Shown here: one piece after another, positions 14,031-27,781 of the stretch
Position numbering within the stretch: position 1 is the stretch's first letter
How the letters are laid out: the number at the start of each line of letters is the position of its first letter
Assembly: GCA_951406725.2 (NCBI GenBank)
Contig: OX597820.1
Span: 122,512,001-122,576,000, forward strand
Direction of reading: 5' to 3'
Source of the DNA: Octopus vulgaris
Lineage: Eukaryota
Length of the DNA: 64,000 nt
Made by a program: the position numbers and the translations under genes
Notes under the pieces: generated by a model
What the model was told of the DNA's origin: nothing
The model's input: the letters and a program-made list of their open reading frames with translations, nothing else
Databases searched by the model: none

Positions 14031-16834
14031 AATAAAACATTGATCAGAGAACAAACGTCAAATTCGAGTCAATGACTTTATACATAACACCATACCTCCA
14101 AACATTTGAGCATATATAAATATTACCATGGCCTTTCAACATATGAAGAATACATATACAAAAAAAATACAGAAAGTAAAATATATATATATGCAAACAA
14201 AAATACAGGTATATAGAACGGCCTAAACAAGAAGGTATACACAATCAACTAAGAATTCTAAAGCATATCATGTGACTAAAAATCTAAATAAAATAAAATA
14301 TCAATTGACTAAAAAGATTTTTCTTACTCCCATCAAACAAAAAAATGTCCAAAAAGTTCATTTCATAAAAACCATGCTAGGTTGGAGTCCAGGAGTTTAT
14401 ATATATATGTGTGTGTGTGTGTGTATATATATGATTTTGGTAGAAGTTGTAGTTAAAACTTTTTTCAGTTATTTTCTTTCACCCGATTATGAAGTGACCC
14501 AAACCCCACCCAAAACATTGCCCCACCCCAGCTGTGGGATGTGCACCACAACTTGGGAAGTTTTTTTCTGCCTCAATGTATTTTTTAATAAATGTTTTAC
14601 TTGAGGTTGTGGCATATCATAATGTTTTTGATTAAATATTGTAATTTGATGTTCTGTGCATTTGCTAATTATTATTTGTTAATTGCATTACAATGTCACA
14701 CAGTGTATGAGATTTGTTTTTAACTTGACAAAACCCCAAAGAAATAAAGACAAACCTTTTAACTTGATGCACGCTGATGTATTACAACATACATAACTGG
14801 TATGTTGCTCTATGTAATTAACTACATAATTAAGAGAGAAGTATTTCACTTTATGTCTCTATAGGGAACATCCCATGAATTTCATAAGACTAAAATTTTG
14901 GGCACTGATTTGCTGCAGCGAATTTGTTACAAAGTAACTAATAACAGTTCATTTGAGATGTGTGTTTGTGTGTTTTCAGATTAATCTTGTTGTGTTTATG
15001 AAAGGAAAATACATTTACAAAAGGCAACATGATATCAACATCATATTTTCCATCCGGTATGTCTGGTGTGTCTGTGTTTGTGTTCAAATTTAGGCTCCAC
15101 TACAGCAACACTAAGCAATGGGTCTTGTACTTTCCACAGCTTGCTTACTTGTTTCAGGTTTTATTGGTGTGTAAATAAGAAGTCTCTTACCTGAAAGCAG
15201 GTAAGGGCTTGTTAGGGGAAAGATTTCTAGCTGTAAAAAAAATCCCTTGATTATATTTTTGTCTCACCCATACAAACTTGAAAAACATAAAACACAAAAC
15301 CACACATGCACACTCATATAAACGAGTAAGTTTGTATATGTCATATGTAAATATACCAATGTGTGTGTGTGTGTGTGTGAACATGGGTTTACAGAAATAT
15401 TAAGAATAATCAACTTTATTTTCCCAGTTTTCTATTCTTCTGTTCTTGGTTTTACATGTGAATTTTTGGGAGGTATATTATTTTTATTTATTCTTGAACA
15501 TCCATCTATTTATAATTCTTTACAGTTCCTTGATTTTTATTCGTTATTTCCTTTGATTTTGATACCAACTCCAACAAGTGTTATTCAACAACGATGAGTC
15601 TATCAACAACACACACACACACACACATATTTATTGACTCTTCTGATTTTTTTTCTTTATTAGCAAAAATATTTTCACTGAATTCTTTTTAGTTTGTTGT
15701 TGATGTGATCACTTAGCTTGTTTAACCTACAATTAGTATTTCATTTCTTTTCCAATGGAAAGGGAAACTCCACAAGTGAAAAGAAATGAGAGAAATCACC
15801 CCAAAAGGGCCAACAACATAATAAAATGACTTCCCAAACACTATCCCAGTTTTTTTTCCTTCTACCAGGAAAACATTGGAACGTTTTTAAGTGCAACTAA
15901 AGCAAACATATATTAAAACTAAGGACACCCAGTTTAGGGATATGTGCATGTGTGCGTGTGTGTATGTGTGTGTAGGTAGTTGATCTTTAATTAAACCTTT
16001 TTCCTTAGTAAAACCCTTAATTTCTATTGATTTCCTGTGCACTTCCATATAAACTTTTAACAAATTTATATGGTTATTGATATTATTGTTATTATTAATT
16101 ATCATCCTCATCATCATCATCATCATTACTATTGTTGTTATTAAACATCGTTTCGCATCATGATCTCAATCGAGGGAACAGATAAACAACCAACAAATAC
16201 ATCCCTTACACAAACATTCCTAATATTTCTGGATTGACATCATGATCCCCCCCGGATGGAGACAACAGTTTCATGTCTTGCGATGGTCAGATGGAATGCG
16301 GGGGATTTAGCCTTTGAAAATGAAATGTTTTTTACCCATTTTGTAGGATTTTTCTCTGTTTTCTTGTTTTGTTTTGTAAATAAACTATGAGGAAAAGAAC
16401 CCAAAACAAAATCCTTGCTTGCTTTGAGCTCCACTCTCTTTTAAGCTAACTCTAACTGCCTGAGCAAAATGCATTCTTCTAAGATGATTAGATCCAGGTA
16501 TACACAAAATTACATGTGTCTAGGTATGCCTTATCCACTTGCTTGGCTCTCTCTGCCAACTCCAAACTTTTCTGATTTTAAATGAAAAATTTTAAGGGAC
16601 ATGAATTTGCTGAAAATGCTCCCAGGATCTGAAATCTTTAGCTGCATGTCCTTTATGATTTTCGAAACTTTTCTTTCCTAATTTTCTTTGTTTAATTCTT
16701 TGATTTATTGATTGTTTGGTTGATGAAAAAGGTTTTAATATGTTCATTTAATATGTTTATAATAAACCATTCAATAGATCACAAACATATATGTGATGCA
16801 TGTAAATAATATATCTATATACGTTTATATGTAT

Positions 16835-16872
<38 letters not shown>

Positions 16873-16931
16873 ATATACATAAGACATAATACATATATAT
16901 GATATATATATAGCATATGTATGTAACTGGG

Positions 16932-16965
<34 letters not shown>

Positions 16966-17148
16966 TTGTGAGATAATGACAATTATTATGCAATTTCAGT
17001 TCCTACTTGAATATACATTGAAAAATGTGCAAATGTGTGTGTGTGTGAGTGTGTGTGTGTGTAAGTTAGTATCTGATTCTATGACTTTTTTTTCATTTAT
17101 ATTCTTTCATTGTTTTACTAACCATATATTATTGTTATAAATCAATAG

Positions 17149-17396
17149 GTGCAGTCCAGACTAAAGTCACATACCTCCCAGATGGCGCTGTTGTCATCGT
17201 CTTTCCATCGAACCTTACTGTTGCCTTGGAAACCAGAGGTCATCCGATCCTCGAGAGTAAACATAGGATGCATTTCAAGCGGAAAATGATCATTCCAAAT
17301 TTGTATGTGCACAGACTGGAGTGGCGCTTCTACCTTGACCGATCTGGTCGTCCAAAACAGAACCGCTTACTTGAACGGATTGGACGTCGATTGAGG
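17149..17396 (+). CDS. TENM: Teneurin internal exon (phase 1 to 0): (G)AVQTKVTYLPDGAVVIVFPSNLTVALETRGHPILESKHRMHFKRKMIIPNLYVHRLEWRFYLDRSGRPKQNRLLERIGRRLR
   Basis: Acceptor ...atcaatag at 17147-48 and donor AGG|gtaggg at 17397. The translation matches the teneurin segment ending EWR...GRKLR and joins in frame to INGVNLL of the next exon (vertebrate teneurins read GRKLRVNGRNLLS here). Confidence 0.9.
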
Positions 17397-17984
17397 GTAG
17401 GGCCATACTTCTCCCGGCATGCCAGCATGCATGGTTCGCATGACGACGGATACAAAGGAAAAGCATTGCTGGTATGTGAGACTTTGACTTTTTCTTGTTG
17501 CTTTTTTCGTTACTTTCCCAACTAAATCCCTTCTGTTCCCCTTTTCCATGTTGTTGTCTGGGGATCATTGACGCAAATGTAGTGTGTTTGATATTGGCTG
17601 ATAAATGCATACACAACAGTAGGAACAGTTTTTTTCTAATCAACAATAAAGGATAAAATTAAGATGGAATATTCTCTTAGATTTTGAAGCATCACTTGTT
17701 TCGAGATGGTGCCTTCAAAGTGGAACACTTGTAGTGTGAGATGGTCATTAGGTAGCCACTTGAAATACAGACAGTTATAATCCATTTTGTAGGGGTATGT
17801 TTCTTATATATTTAAGGGTCAGCAGCAAGTCTCTGGCATAAAGCAAGAGACTTTTGATATAAAAGAAAATGAAAAGTGATAATTTATGAGGTATATGTTG
17901 TCTTATCAATAAATACCTGGACTGATGCCAGAGTAACAAAGCTAAAGCACACAGCATAAATTCAGTTGGCACAAATTGACCTTA

Positions 17985-18540
17985 ACCTCTGCTGTGCATG
18001 TGCACTAAATTTTAACGTTCTAGCTCACTTCTGCTGATTACAGCAGTACTTTGAAGGAACGTGTGTAGCGTGTGATCATCGCATTGACGATGACAGAGAA
18101 AGTTGAGCAGAGAATCTGCATCAAATTTTGCCAAAAGCTTGGCAATACCTGCTCAGAGGCCTATGCAAAGTTTTCAAAAGGTTTTCATTGTTCTTGATAC
18201 AATCTAAGAGATCTGGTGCAACTAAAACCTGAGTGTCTTTTTGGTCAGCTGAAAGCAGTTTTGGCTCAAACTTGGCAGACACATGTCTCGTACCCAAATC
18301 TTCAGTGAACCATAACTAATCTGCACATGCTCTGATAATTCATGGATGGTGATTCTGTGATTTCCCTTCACAGCTGGATGCACATCTGCAATGTTTTTCT
18401 CAGTTCTGCTGGTTGCAAGTCTCCCAGAACGTTTTGTCATTATCAACGTTTTTTCAGCCATCTTAGAAACATTGGAACCACTCGGACACTCGTGCGCAGC
18501 TCATACACACCTCTCCATACACTTTCTGCAAAATTCTTAT
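17985..18540. mobile_element. Mariner transposase relic with internal inversion
   Basis: The + strand from 18090 reads MTEKVEQRICIKFCQKLGNTCSEAYAK. Its continuation (VYGE..., RSGRxATSRTEKNI...NHRITIHELSEHVQISYGS) is on the - strand at about 18535-18210. Confidence 0.75.
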
Positions 18541-19358
18541 CACTATGGATTATCATTAAATGCATATTAATAGGTTTGAAAGTCACAACTTCTTTCTCTC
18601 GTGACGAAATATCAAAGTATTCCCTTCAATCATGCTTTCTGTAGAGTTCAGAATTATGTTAGTAACAGAGGACTATCAAATGAGAGAGCAGTGCATACCA
18701 TCAAAGTGATACTGGGGTAAAATATACAGGGCCCAATATACAGGGCGTTTCATTCAGCATCCTTAAACAGCCCTTATTCATGGACCTTTTGAGTTGGATG
18801 GGCTAAGTGACCTGGAGAGAAATCTAAATGGGTCCCATTGTTTATCTTGATATGAAATCACCATAGCATGTATATATGGTTTGGGTGCATGTGCCTGGTG
18901 CACCCTTATCAGACAGGTAGTCATGATGGGTATATTGGGCTCTGTATATTTTACCCTGGTATCTCTTTGATGGTATGCACTGCTCTCTCACTTGATAATG
19001 ATAGTACTAATAATAATCCTTTTGGGGGAAGGGGACAGTCGATTACATCGACCCCAGTTCTCAACTTTTAATTTACTTTAATTTCTCAACTTTTAATAAA
19101 ATATAGAAAACAACAAGCACTTTCAAAATCTTGGCAGTTACCTACAATCTTAAACATTCATGCATAAAATTTGAATTTAGTTTCCTCCTATGTTATATTT
19201 TGCAAGCTTAAGCATGGTAGTTATTAACAAAACTAATAATTAGCAAGTAGTTTAGTTCTTATTTTAATTAAAATTAAAACCTTAAAATACTATGAATGCT
19301 GACGTGCATGTTTCATAGTAGTCGGTAATTAAATTTGTATTGTTTTTTTTAAAAGACA

Positions 19359-19685
19359 GGCACAGGAGTGGCTGTGTGGTAAGTAGCGTGCTTACCAACC
19401 ACATGGTTCTGGGTTCATTCCCACTGCATAGCACCTTGGGCAAGTGTCTTCTACTATAGCCTCGGGCTGACCAAAGCCTTGTGAGTGGATTTGGTAGACG
19501 GAAACTGAAAGAAGCCCGTCGTATATATGTATATATATATGTGTGTTTGTGTGTCTATGTTTGTCCCCCCAACATCGCTTGACAACCGATGCTGGTGTGT
19601 TTACGTCCCCGTAACTTAGTGGTTCAGCAAAAATTGACCAATGTAATAAGTATTAGGCTTACAAAGAATAAGTCCTGGGGTCGAA
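19359..19685 (+). mobile_element. SINE family A, 3'-truncated
   Basis: Similar to the copy at 4299. Confidence 0.88.
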
Positions 19686-20264
19686 TTAGGCCAAAGCGGA
19701 CTGATTGTTTAACCGAAAGGAGACCCAAACCAATTCTATGGTATTCAATACATTCTTAGTCTTAGATTTTCAATACACAGTTGTAAGAGGACTCAAAATA
19801 TTTTGCTATGTTAAGAAAAGAATTATAAATTAAGTAGAAATTTCTTTCTGGAGAAAACATTCTTTTTTTTTTTTAAATGTTGTAATTACTTTTGTAACCA
19901 GAATACATAATGTGGATGTTGTGTTTTTTGGCAGAGTATTTCTTTATTCACCATAAGGTTGAGAAAAAGAGGGGACAATATGGGGACAGACAAAACAAAC
20001 GTTGGGGTCAGGGTATCGAATGAGACGAAACGTATGAATAAACAAACAATTAAAATATATACAATTAAATGAGAATGAGTGATTAACAAAAAAATGAAGT
20101 GGAGGACGCGGTTGACCCCACAAACCGTGTCTGTTCAGTGATTTAACCTTTTGTAAGAATGACAATATTACACAAGTACTTTGTAACAACATCAATACAA
20201 GTATATATTGAAATAGTGCTGAATCTGTCACTTTCATCATCATCATCATTATTATTATTATTAT

Positions 20265-20810
20265 TGAGTGAGAGAGCAGTTCATGCCATCAAAGTGACAC
20301 TGGGGTAAAATATACGGAGCCCAATATACCCATCATGACTACCCGTCTGATAAGGGTACACCAGGCACATGCATCACAACCATATGTGCGCGACGTGGTG
20401 ATCTCATATCAAGATAAACAGCGCATGACCTTGCAGGTGGGGCCCAGTTAGAATTTTCTTCTGGTTGGGTAACCCATCCCACTCTAAAGGTTCCTGATTA
20501 GGGGTTGTTTGAGGATGTTGAATGAAACACCCATGTTTCCAGAGGTGAACTATTCAAGCCCCAAAGAATCCTTCTCAACACATGGCTATGATGCTCCCCC
20601 ACTACTTCTACTCGTGATCAGAGATGCACATATTGTCAGCCACTAAGGGACATGCTCAACTGGTTATGTTCAAACAACTGACAAACAAATCTGTGGTATT
20701 GAGCAGAATATTTGCTGTAGCCCATCTTTTATACCAACACAAAACAACATACATGACAACACTTCCAATCAGTTAAGATCAGAAGCCATGAGAGCCGCTG
20801 CCTGGTACTT
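20265..20810. mobile_element. Interspersed repeat family C flanked by (TAT)n; other pieces at about 3680-3915, 9640-10050 and 18676-19000
   Basis: Shared gtgagagagcagt..atgccatcaaagtgacactggggtaaaatatac start, next to TAT tracts. Confidence 0.75.
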
Positions 20811-20829
20811 ATTATTATCATCATTATTA

Positions 20830-20875
<46 letters not shown>

Positions 20876-22212
20876 CATTATTATTAGTGTGTGTGTATGT
20901 GTTTGTGTCAGTGAATCCCCTCTCTACCTGTCAACAAACTGAAGCCTCAGAGAAATCCTATCTCTTGCAATGTTTTATCCATTCCAAAAAATCTTTTGCT
21001 TTGCCCCAAAGAGGTTTTTTTTCTTGCTTTTTGTTATTTATACATATTCCCCATTTATCTATTGTCTTATTTCTTTTCAACTTATATGCACCTTGCTAAT
21101 GTTCCCTTTTAACATATTACCTGTTTCCCACCCAAGCATAACGCTCTACCAGCATATTATTATCATCTCCTCCAAGGGCTCCATCTATATGCTAGAAAAA
21201 AAAGGGAAAAATTCAACACATTTTCCCAGCTGAAAAATGTATATTTGCTGCAGAAGAACTCCGCTTTGCTCTTGGCTCATTTATTGTCTTTCTTATTTTA
21301 TCTGTGTGTGTGTCTGTGCGTGTGTCTCTGTGCGTGTGTGTGTGTGTGTGAAATGTTCTAATATTTTATCAATTGTAATTGTTATAGGAGTAATTCAGGG
21401 TCTGAAGACATTTCAGTCAAGTTAAGAGATTGTCCAAGAGTTTGGTAACTGCATTGGCACAATCCTGCAAGTTTTTCAATTCCTCTTGAGATAAGATATT
21501 CTACAAACTCAGTTTCTATGCATTTAGTTCAATTTTCTTTCTTTCATTTATAAAACAAAAGGAATATAAATACATACACACACACACACACACACACAAC
21601 ACTGTTTTGATATTCAAAGACATGATTACTGTTGAGATAATTGCTGTAAGGTTAATTAATAGAGTTCATATATACCAAGTGATGCATAAATTCATTAATA
21701 CGTTTACTATGTCCCTTAATTAACAGCTCATATATTTAACTTGCCATACAATGTGTTGGTCCAACTGGTTTGACAGAACCTATTCTTCTCGTATGAATAG
21801 GAGTAGCTGAAGTGCTTGTCAATACAGCTGCTACTCAGAGGAATATATTGCTCTCTGTCTGTTGTCCCCTTCAGTAATTTCTGGGTTAAGCTCTTTGAAG
21901 TTAAAATGTCTTCATCTAGATATAATTCATGGAGAGTCTCAGCATAGAAAAGTGTGAGTACTCTATTTGATAAGTACTCTATTACATTCATTCATGTAGA
22001 TGAGAAAGAAAAAAGAAAATAAAACATTGTCCAAGAAACTTGCAGTTTTGAAAATGAATAGAAACTGCACAAAGTCTCGGCTTAGACTGGCCTGATGCCT
22101 TCCGATTGCGAGCTACAAGAAAAGCCATTAAATGAAACTGAGTAACTTGTATACTTGTTGACATATATAGATATGTGTATATATATATATATATATATAT
22201 GAAACCCCCTTC

Positions 22213-22540
22213 AGTCACGACACAGACCATGTGATTGCACCCAGAAAGTTACCCTCCGAGGCACAAGTCTGGGCAAGGTTGTTTTTATGGAAGACCAGCA
22301 GTCGCTCATGCATACCGGCCTCCCCTCTCCACATCACCAGTGTTATCCAAGGGAAAGGCAAAGGGGCCAATACAGCTTGGCACCTGTGACGTCGCAACTC
22401 ATTTCTACAGCTGAGTGAACTGGAGCAACGTGAAATGAAGTGTCTTGCTCAAGAACATAACACACAGACCAGTCCAGGATTCGAGCTCACAACCTCACGA
22501 TCGTAAGCTCGATGCTCTAACCACTGAGCCATGCGCCTTC
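22213..22540 (-). mobile_element. tRNA-derived SINE (family D)
   Basis: Minus strand ggcgcatggctcagtggttagagc...gctcgaatcc (A and B boxes) followed by a non-tRNA body. Confidence 0.8.
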
Positions 22541-23522
22541 ACACACACACACACATATACACACATGCACTCTCTCTTTCTCTCTCACACACACACATTT
22601 TGTGTGTGTGTGTGCATGTATAGGTGTAAGGAAATAGACAATGTGAAGTATTTTAATAAGACTTATACAAACCTCGTCAACTTAATTAAAAAGAAATCAT
22701 GGAAATTCAAATCTGTTTCTGAATTGTCTGGAATTTTGGTGCAATTACTGCTATGGATGCCATTTAAAATGTTTCTTGCTGAATATTATTGTTGTTGTTG
22801 CTGCTGATATTGCTTGTATCATACATTCTGAAGAAAAAGATTGTCTAAGACAAAAGAAAAAAAAAACTGACGTAAGATTCTGCATTTCTATAAATTGCCA
22901 CTTTTGCCAAAATTTCTCCTTTTTCATGGGAATCTTCATATCTTTGCTTGGTGAACAGAGGAATGGAGGCTGAAGGTGGAAATGGTCAAAGTGCTGGCAT
23001 TGATGATGATGGTGTATGGCTCTGCCTAGAGAAATGGGTGTGAGAGTTTCAATCCCTACTTTCTCCCCTTCTCCTTCATGTCCACAATCTTTGCACCATC
23101 TGGTTACCTTACCTCCCTGTCACCCTCTATTCTGCTAGAGAAACTTGCATACCTACAACGTGCATGACTTGACCTTATAAGGGCATGCAACAAACTCTGC
23201 CTTGTATTTGATATCACCGAGGAAGCAAGTCAATTGGCTTGCAGAAACGCGTGTATGTTATTATTATGAAGCATAAAAATACTAATCCTTGATTTCTGCA
23301 TCTTTTATTATTTACATTATGTGTAAGAATGTGTGTGGGTGTATATACATGTATATATATATATATATGTATGTATAGGCACAGAGACACGCACATACAC
23401 ACACATGTTATTCTTAATCAACAGAAGTTATGAAATAACTCGTAGGTCAAGAGTTTCATGTATTGACATTTATCACATGCAGAAAACAGCCCTTGAGTTA
23501 CTTTGTAATTTCTGCTGCATGA

Positions 23523-23558
<36 letters not shown>

Positions 23559-23614
23559 ATGCGTGTGTGTGTGTATGTTTATTTACACATGTATATATAT
23601 TTAATTTTTTTTCT

Positions 23615-25005
23615 TAGTTTCAGTCCAAGGACTGTGTCCATGCCCAGGGCACTGCTGTTCATTTTGCTACACTTTCCCTAAATCTCCTCTGATATATGAA
23701 AATTGGTGGATGAGGGAGTTTGATGTTGCTGTCCTCATCTTTGCTTCTTGCCTTGAGATAGGGGTCATCTGGAACTCTTGACAGAAAGAGATACAGTTTT
23801 TGTTTTGAAAAGACCTACATCCATGCCATGCAGGTCTCTCAGGCTTTTTGGGAGGATATTGAAGAGTTGTGGGCCATTGAAACCCAAGCTGCTGCAGTAT
23901 CTGGACCTGCATCTTGAGGACAATGTTGGGATTTTTCATGCTATGCAGAGGCACCCCATCCTGCCGTTTATGTAACTGACAATGCCAAAGTTTGGTGCAA
24001 GTTTTTTCTAGGATTTTCCATATATATATATAACTGTATATCTTTCCCACCTTCACTTCGGGGAGTAGAGTATTAACTCTTTCATAACTTTGCTCGATCG
24101 CCTCAAGTTCCATCATTAAATTTACAGTTTGGTGACCACAGTTGGGAGCAGTAATCCAGACGGCTAAGAATAAAAATTCTCCAGAGGACAATTAGGGTTT
24201 CCTTTTCTCTCAATTTGAAAGTTTGAAGGATCCATCTGTCCCAGCATCTGCATTTTATTGCTAAGTTAGTTATGTATTGATGCCCAGGTTTTGCACTGGT
24301 TTTGATTCAGGGATTGCAATCCCTCCTGGGCCGGTGTATCCTATTTGCTTTACATTGAGCTTCGTGTGTTGGTAGTGCAGGGTTTGGAATTTTCCAACAT
24401 TGAACTGCATGTTATTTTCCTCAGCCACCTGTACATTGCATCTAACTCACATTGCAGATTCATGTCATCTCCAGGGTTTTGTATCCTCTGAGTGACTTTT
24501 GTATTGTCTGCCTTGCTAGCAAGGGTGACTACATGAGCATCTGAGGGCTTGTCAGAGAGGGCCATTATGAATAGTAACAGTCCCAGGGCAAGCCCCATTG
24601 ATCACCACTACCTGATTTCTACCTTTTAGAAAGTCATACAGCCATTCTCCAAGTTTTCCAACTATGCCAAGATCACGCAGCTTGTGACAAATCATACCAT
24701 GGTTGACTTTGTCAAAGACTTTTGCAAAGCCGCAGTATATCATGTCCACATTTGAGTTGTTGAGCAGCTGCTTCAGCACCCAGTCATAATGATACAAGAG
24801 CTGTGTCAGGCAGCTTCCACCCGGTCAGAAAAGATGTTGGGTGTCAGTCAGCAAGTCATTCTTTTCAAGGAATGCAATTAGTTTCCATAGGACTGTTCAT
24901 TCCATGTCATTGCTGATGTGTGAAGTCAGAGAGATAGGCCTGTGGTTTTAGCATCTGCTCTGCTTCTGCTGTTATGAATAGGGCATATTATACCTTCTTT
25001 TAGAT
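23615..25005 (-). mobile_element. CR1-group LINE RT fragment, decayed
   Basis: HYDWVLKQLL...FAKVFDKVNHG and KADNTK (decayed YADD); homologous to the adjacent copy. Confidence 0.85.
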
Positions 25006-25423
25006 TTGCCCAGGAGCTAAACCTCAAAGGTTGACGCTCAGAGATCTAATACTGCTTGTTTCCACTTTTTCGAGATCAGTGACTTTCCATCACAAGAAAA
25101 AGTATATATCTATTTGCGTTGAGAATCATTTCCCATCACCAACCGGTGGTTGTCACATGCTGATGATGGGTCAATACCCAGAAACTCGGGTCCATGTGTA
25201 TCAAGTCAGGATGGAGATGGGATGGATGACTTCCTTTGCAAATAGTGAAAGGGCACAGATAGTGTGTAAATAGCCAGGTGGAGGAGATGTCTTCCTGAGG
25301 CTACAAGCTACAGAAGCATCAACCCTTAAGGGTTAGCATCATTTAGGTGGCAAATATACTTCACGATATATATATATATATATATATATCGTACATTTTA
25401 TATATATATATTTTTTTTTCTCT

Positions 25424-27060
25424 CTAGTTTCAGCTCAGAGCTGTGGTCATGCTGATATACCACCATTTTGCTACACTGTTATTAGTGAGAGCCTCCTCTA
25501 ACATGTGGCACTTGGTGTAGAATGGAGTTTGATGTAGCTACCCTCATTTGCATCTCTTGCTGTGAGGTAGGTTCATCTGGGACTCTCGACAGGAAGAGGT
25601 CCAGTTTTGATTTAAAAACACCTACATCTACTTTGTGCAGGTTCCTCAAGCTCTTTGGGAGAATATTAAAAAGCTGTGGGCCCCTGAAACCCAGGCTGTT
25701 GCAGTAACTGGTTCTGAAGCACAATGGTGTTGCTGGGATCGTTGGCACTATGCTGAGTCATCCCATTCAGGCATTAGTGTAGCTTTCAATGCCAAAATTT
25801 GGCACAATTCCTTCCAGGATCTTCCAGACATATATTACTGCATACCTCTCCTGTCTTCTCTCCAGGGAGTTGAGTCTTAGCTGTTTCAACCTTTCCCAGT
25901 AGCTGAGCTGTTGCAAAGAGACGATCTTCTTTGTGAATCTTCTCTGGATTGCTTCAAGGTCTGCTGTTAATTTCACACTGGTAGGTGACCATAGCTGTGA
26001 GCAGTAATCCAGGCGGCTGAGGACGAATGTCCCCCAGAGGACCAAAGTGGTTTCCTTATCTCTGGTTCTGAATGTTCTTAGGATCCATCCAGCCAGTCGT
26101 CTGCACTTTGTCACCATCCTGGTAATGTATACTTGGAAAGAGGTATCATCACTCATGTCGATACCCAGGTCCCTCACTGATTTAGGCTCTGGGATTGAAA
26201 TTCCCTGTGGACCAGTGTACCCTGTAAGTTTCATATTCAGTTTTGGATGCTGGTAGCACAGGGCTTGGAATTTTTCAGCATTAAACTGCATATTATTATC
26301 CTCAGCCCATCTGTAAATTGAATCCAACTCCTGCTGCAGGTGTGCAACATCGCTGGGTTCTGTATTTTCTGCAAGACTTTCATATCGTCTACATAGCTTA
26401 CAAGGGTGGCTTTCCGGGCACTTGAGGGCATATCTGAGAGGGCCACTACAAAAAGCAGTGGTCCCAAGACAGTGCCCTGTGGAACACTACTCACTATTTG
26501 TGTGTTCATAGAGGTGGCTCCATTAGTTACTACTGCCTAATTCCTATCTTTCAGAAAGTCAGGTAACCACTTTACAAGTTTTCCAGCTATGCGAAGATCA
26601 CACAGTTTGTGGCATATCATACCATGATCCACCTTGTCAAAAGCTTTTGCAAAATCAAGGTATATTACGTCCACATTTGATTTGTTGAGTAACTGCCTCA
26701 ACACCCAGTCATAATGTTGTAAGAGCTGGGTCAGGCAGCTCCTACCTGGTCGAAAACCATGCTGGGTATCACTCAGCAAGTTATGTTCTTCAAAGAATGC
26801 AATTAGTTTTCCTCTGACTATCCGTTCCATTACTTTGCTGATGTGTGAAGTCAAAGAGATAGGCCTAGAGTTTTTGGTATCTGCTTGCTAGTTTGCAATT
26901 TGCAAGAAAGCTCAGGAAGAGAATCTGGAGGGGTTTTGCCAGGACATGCTTACACGCTTTGAGGAGGATTGCTGGGAAACCACCAGGACCAGCAGTTGAG
27001 TTTGTGTCCACTTCATCTATGGCTAGTAGTATATCTCCTTTGCTAATGTCAATATATACA
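25424..27060 (-). mobile_element. CR1-group LINE RT fragment (about 1.6 kb)
   Basis: QHGFRPGRSCLTQLL, YLDFAKAFDKVDH, VPQGTVLGPLLF, SYVDD and YWERLKQL across ORFs 25482-27077. Confidence 0.92.
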
Positions 27061-27693
27061 AGCAACCCCCACCCCATCCAATGGACAGTGCTGAATCATA
27101 TCTTCTGAATAAAAAGCAATCAGTGTTTTCTTTTCATTAAAAAATAATTAAGCATGCCTTTATTTCAATAAAATTTTTGGTTTTGTTAAACAAAGTTAAG
27201 GCAAAAAAAAATGACTTCTTGAGAAATCAAAGTCTTTCCTTCCTTCCTGCCAAGTTTGAAGAAAATATCTCTTTTGCATCTTACTTTTTTGGTCTCTTAA
27301 AATATACTGCAATTTGTGGCATTATTTCAAGCCATCTGGCTTTTGATGCGCAAACTGCATGTGTATTTTTCTCGTGTACGCATAGTCTTGATCGCAACAG
27401 CTGATGTACTTGCGCATACAAATGCACGTTCCGACGGCTTTATCAATTACATTCTCACCTGGAATCGATTTTTGTAATTTTTTTCAAGACTTATACACAC
27501 TCTGATACCATCGGTATCTACATGTCAAATTTGAGCGCAATCAGATAGAGGCTGCCCGAGATCCTAGAAGACACACAGACAGACAGAATGGATTTTATGT
27601 TATAGATATAAATGGAGTTAAACGTTGTGTTATTCAAATCTTTTTATTTCCAAAATATATTTGAAAGAAAACACTGATGTGTTTGGTTTCTTT

Positions 27694-27781
27694 CTTTCCT
27701 GATGAAAAGATTGCATTGTTTTACATCATTTTATTCCTTCTGGAATAATACCAGTGTTTTCTTTGAAACATATGTCGGAAG
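27694..27781 (+). ncRNA. Type I hammerhead ribozyme motif with long stem II
   Basis: ctttc-CTGATGA(27699-705)-aaagattgcattg...cagtgttttcttt-GAAAC(27765-69)-atat-GTC(27774-76)-ggaag. Confidence 0.7.

Noticed and set aside
13470-14075. Long YI/HT/CV-rich ORFs here and at 10.5, 28, 35.4, 38.7, 42.4, 45.4 and 48.6 kb
   Set aside because: These are translations of TA/CA/TATG microsatellites.
22460-22540. tRNA gene (also considered at 32010-32081)
   Set aside because: A and B boxes are present, but I could not build a full cloverleaf and the sequence runs into a SINE body.
27290-27606. Helentron/DINE-like non-autonomous element
   Set aside because: The acagacagacag...tatagat end is suggestive, but the termini could not be defined.
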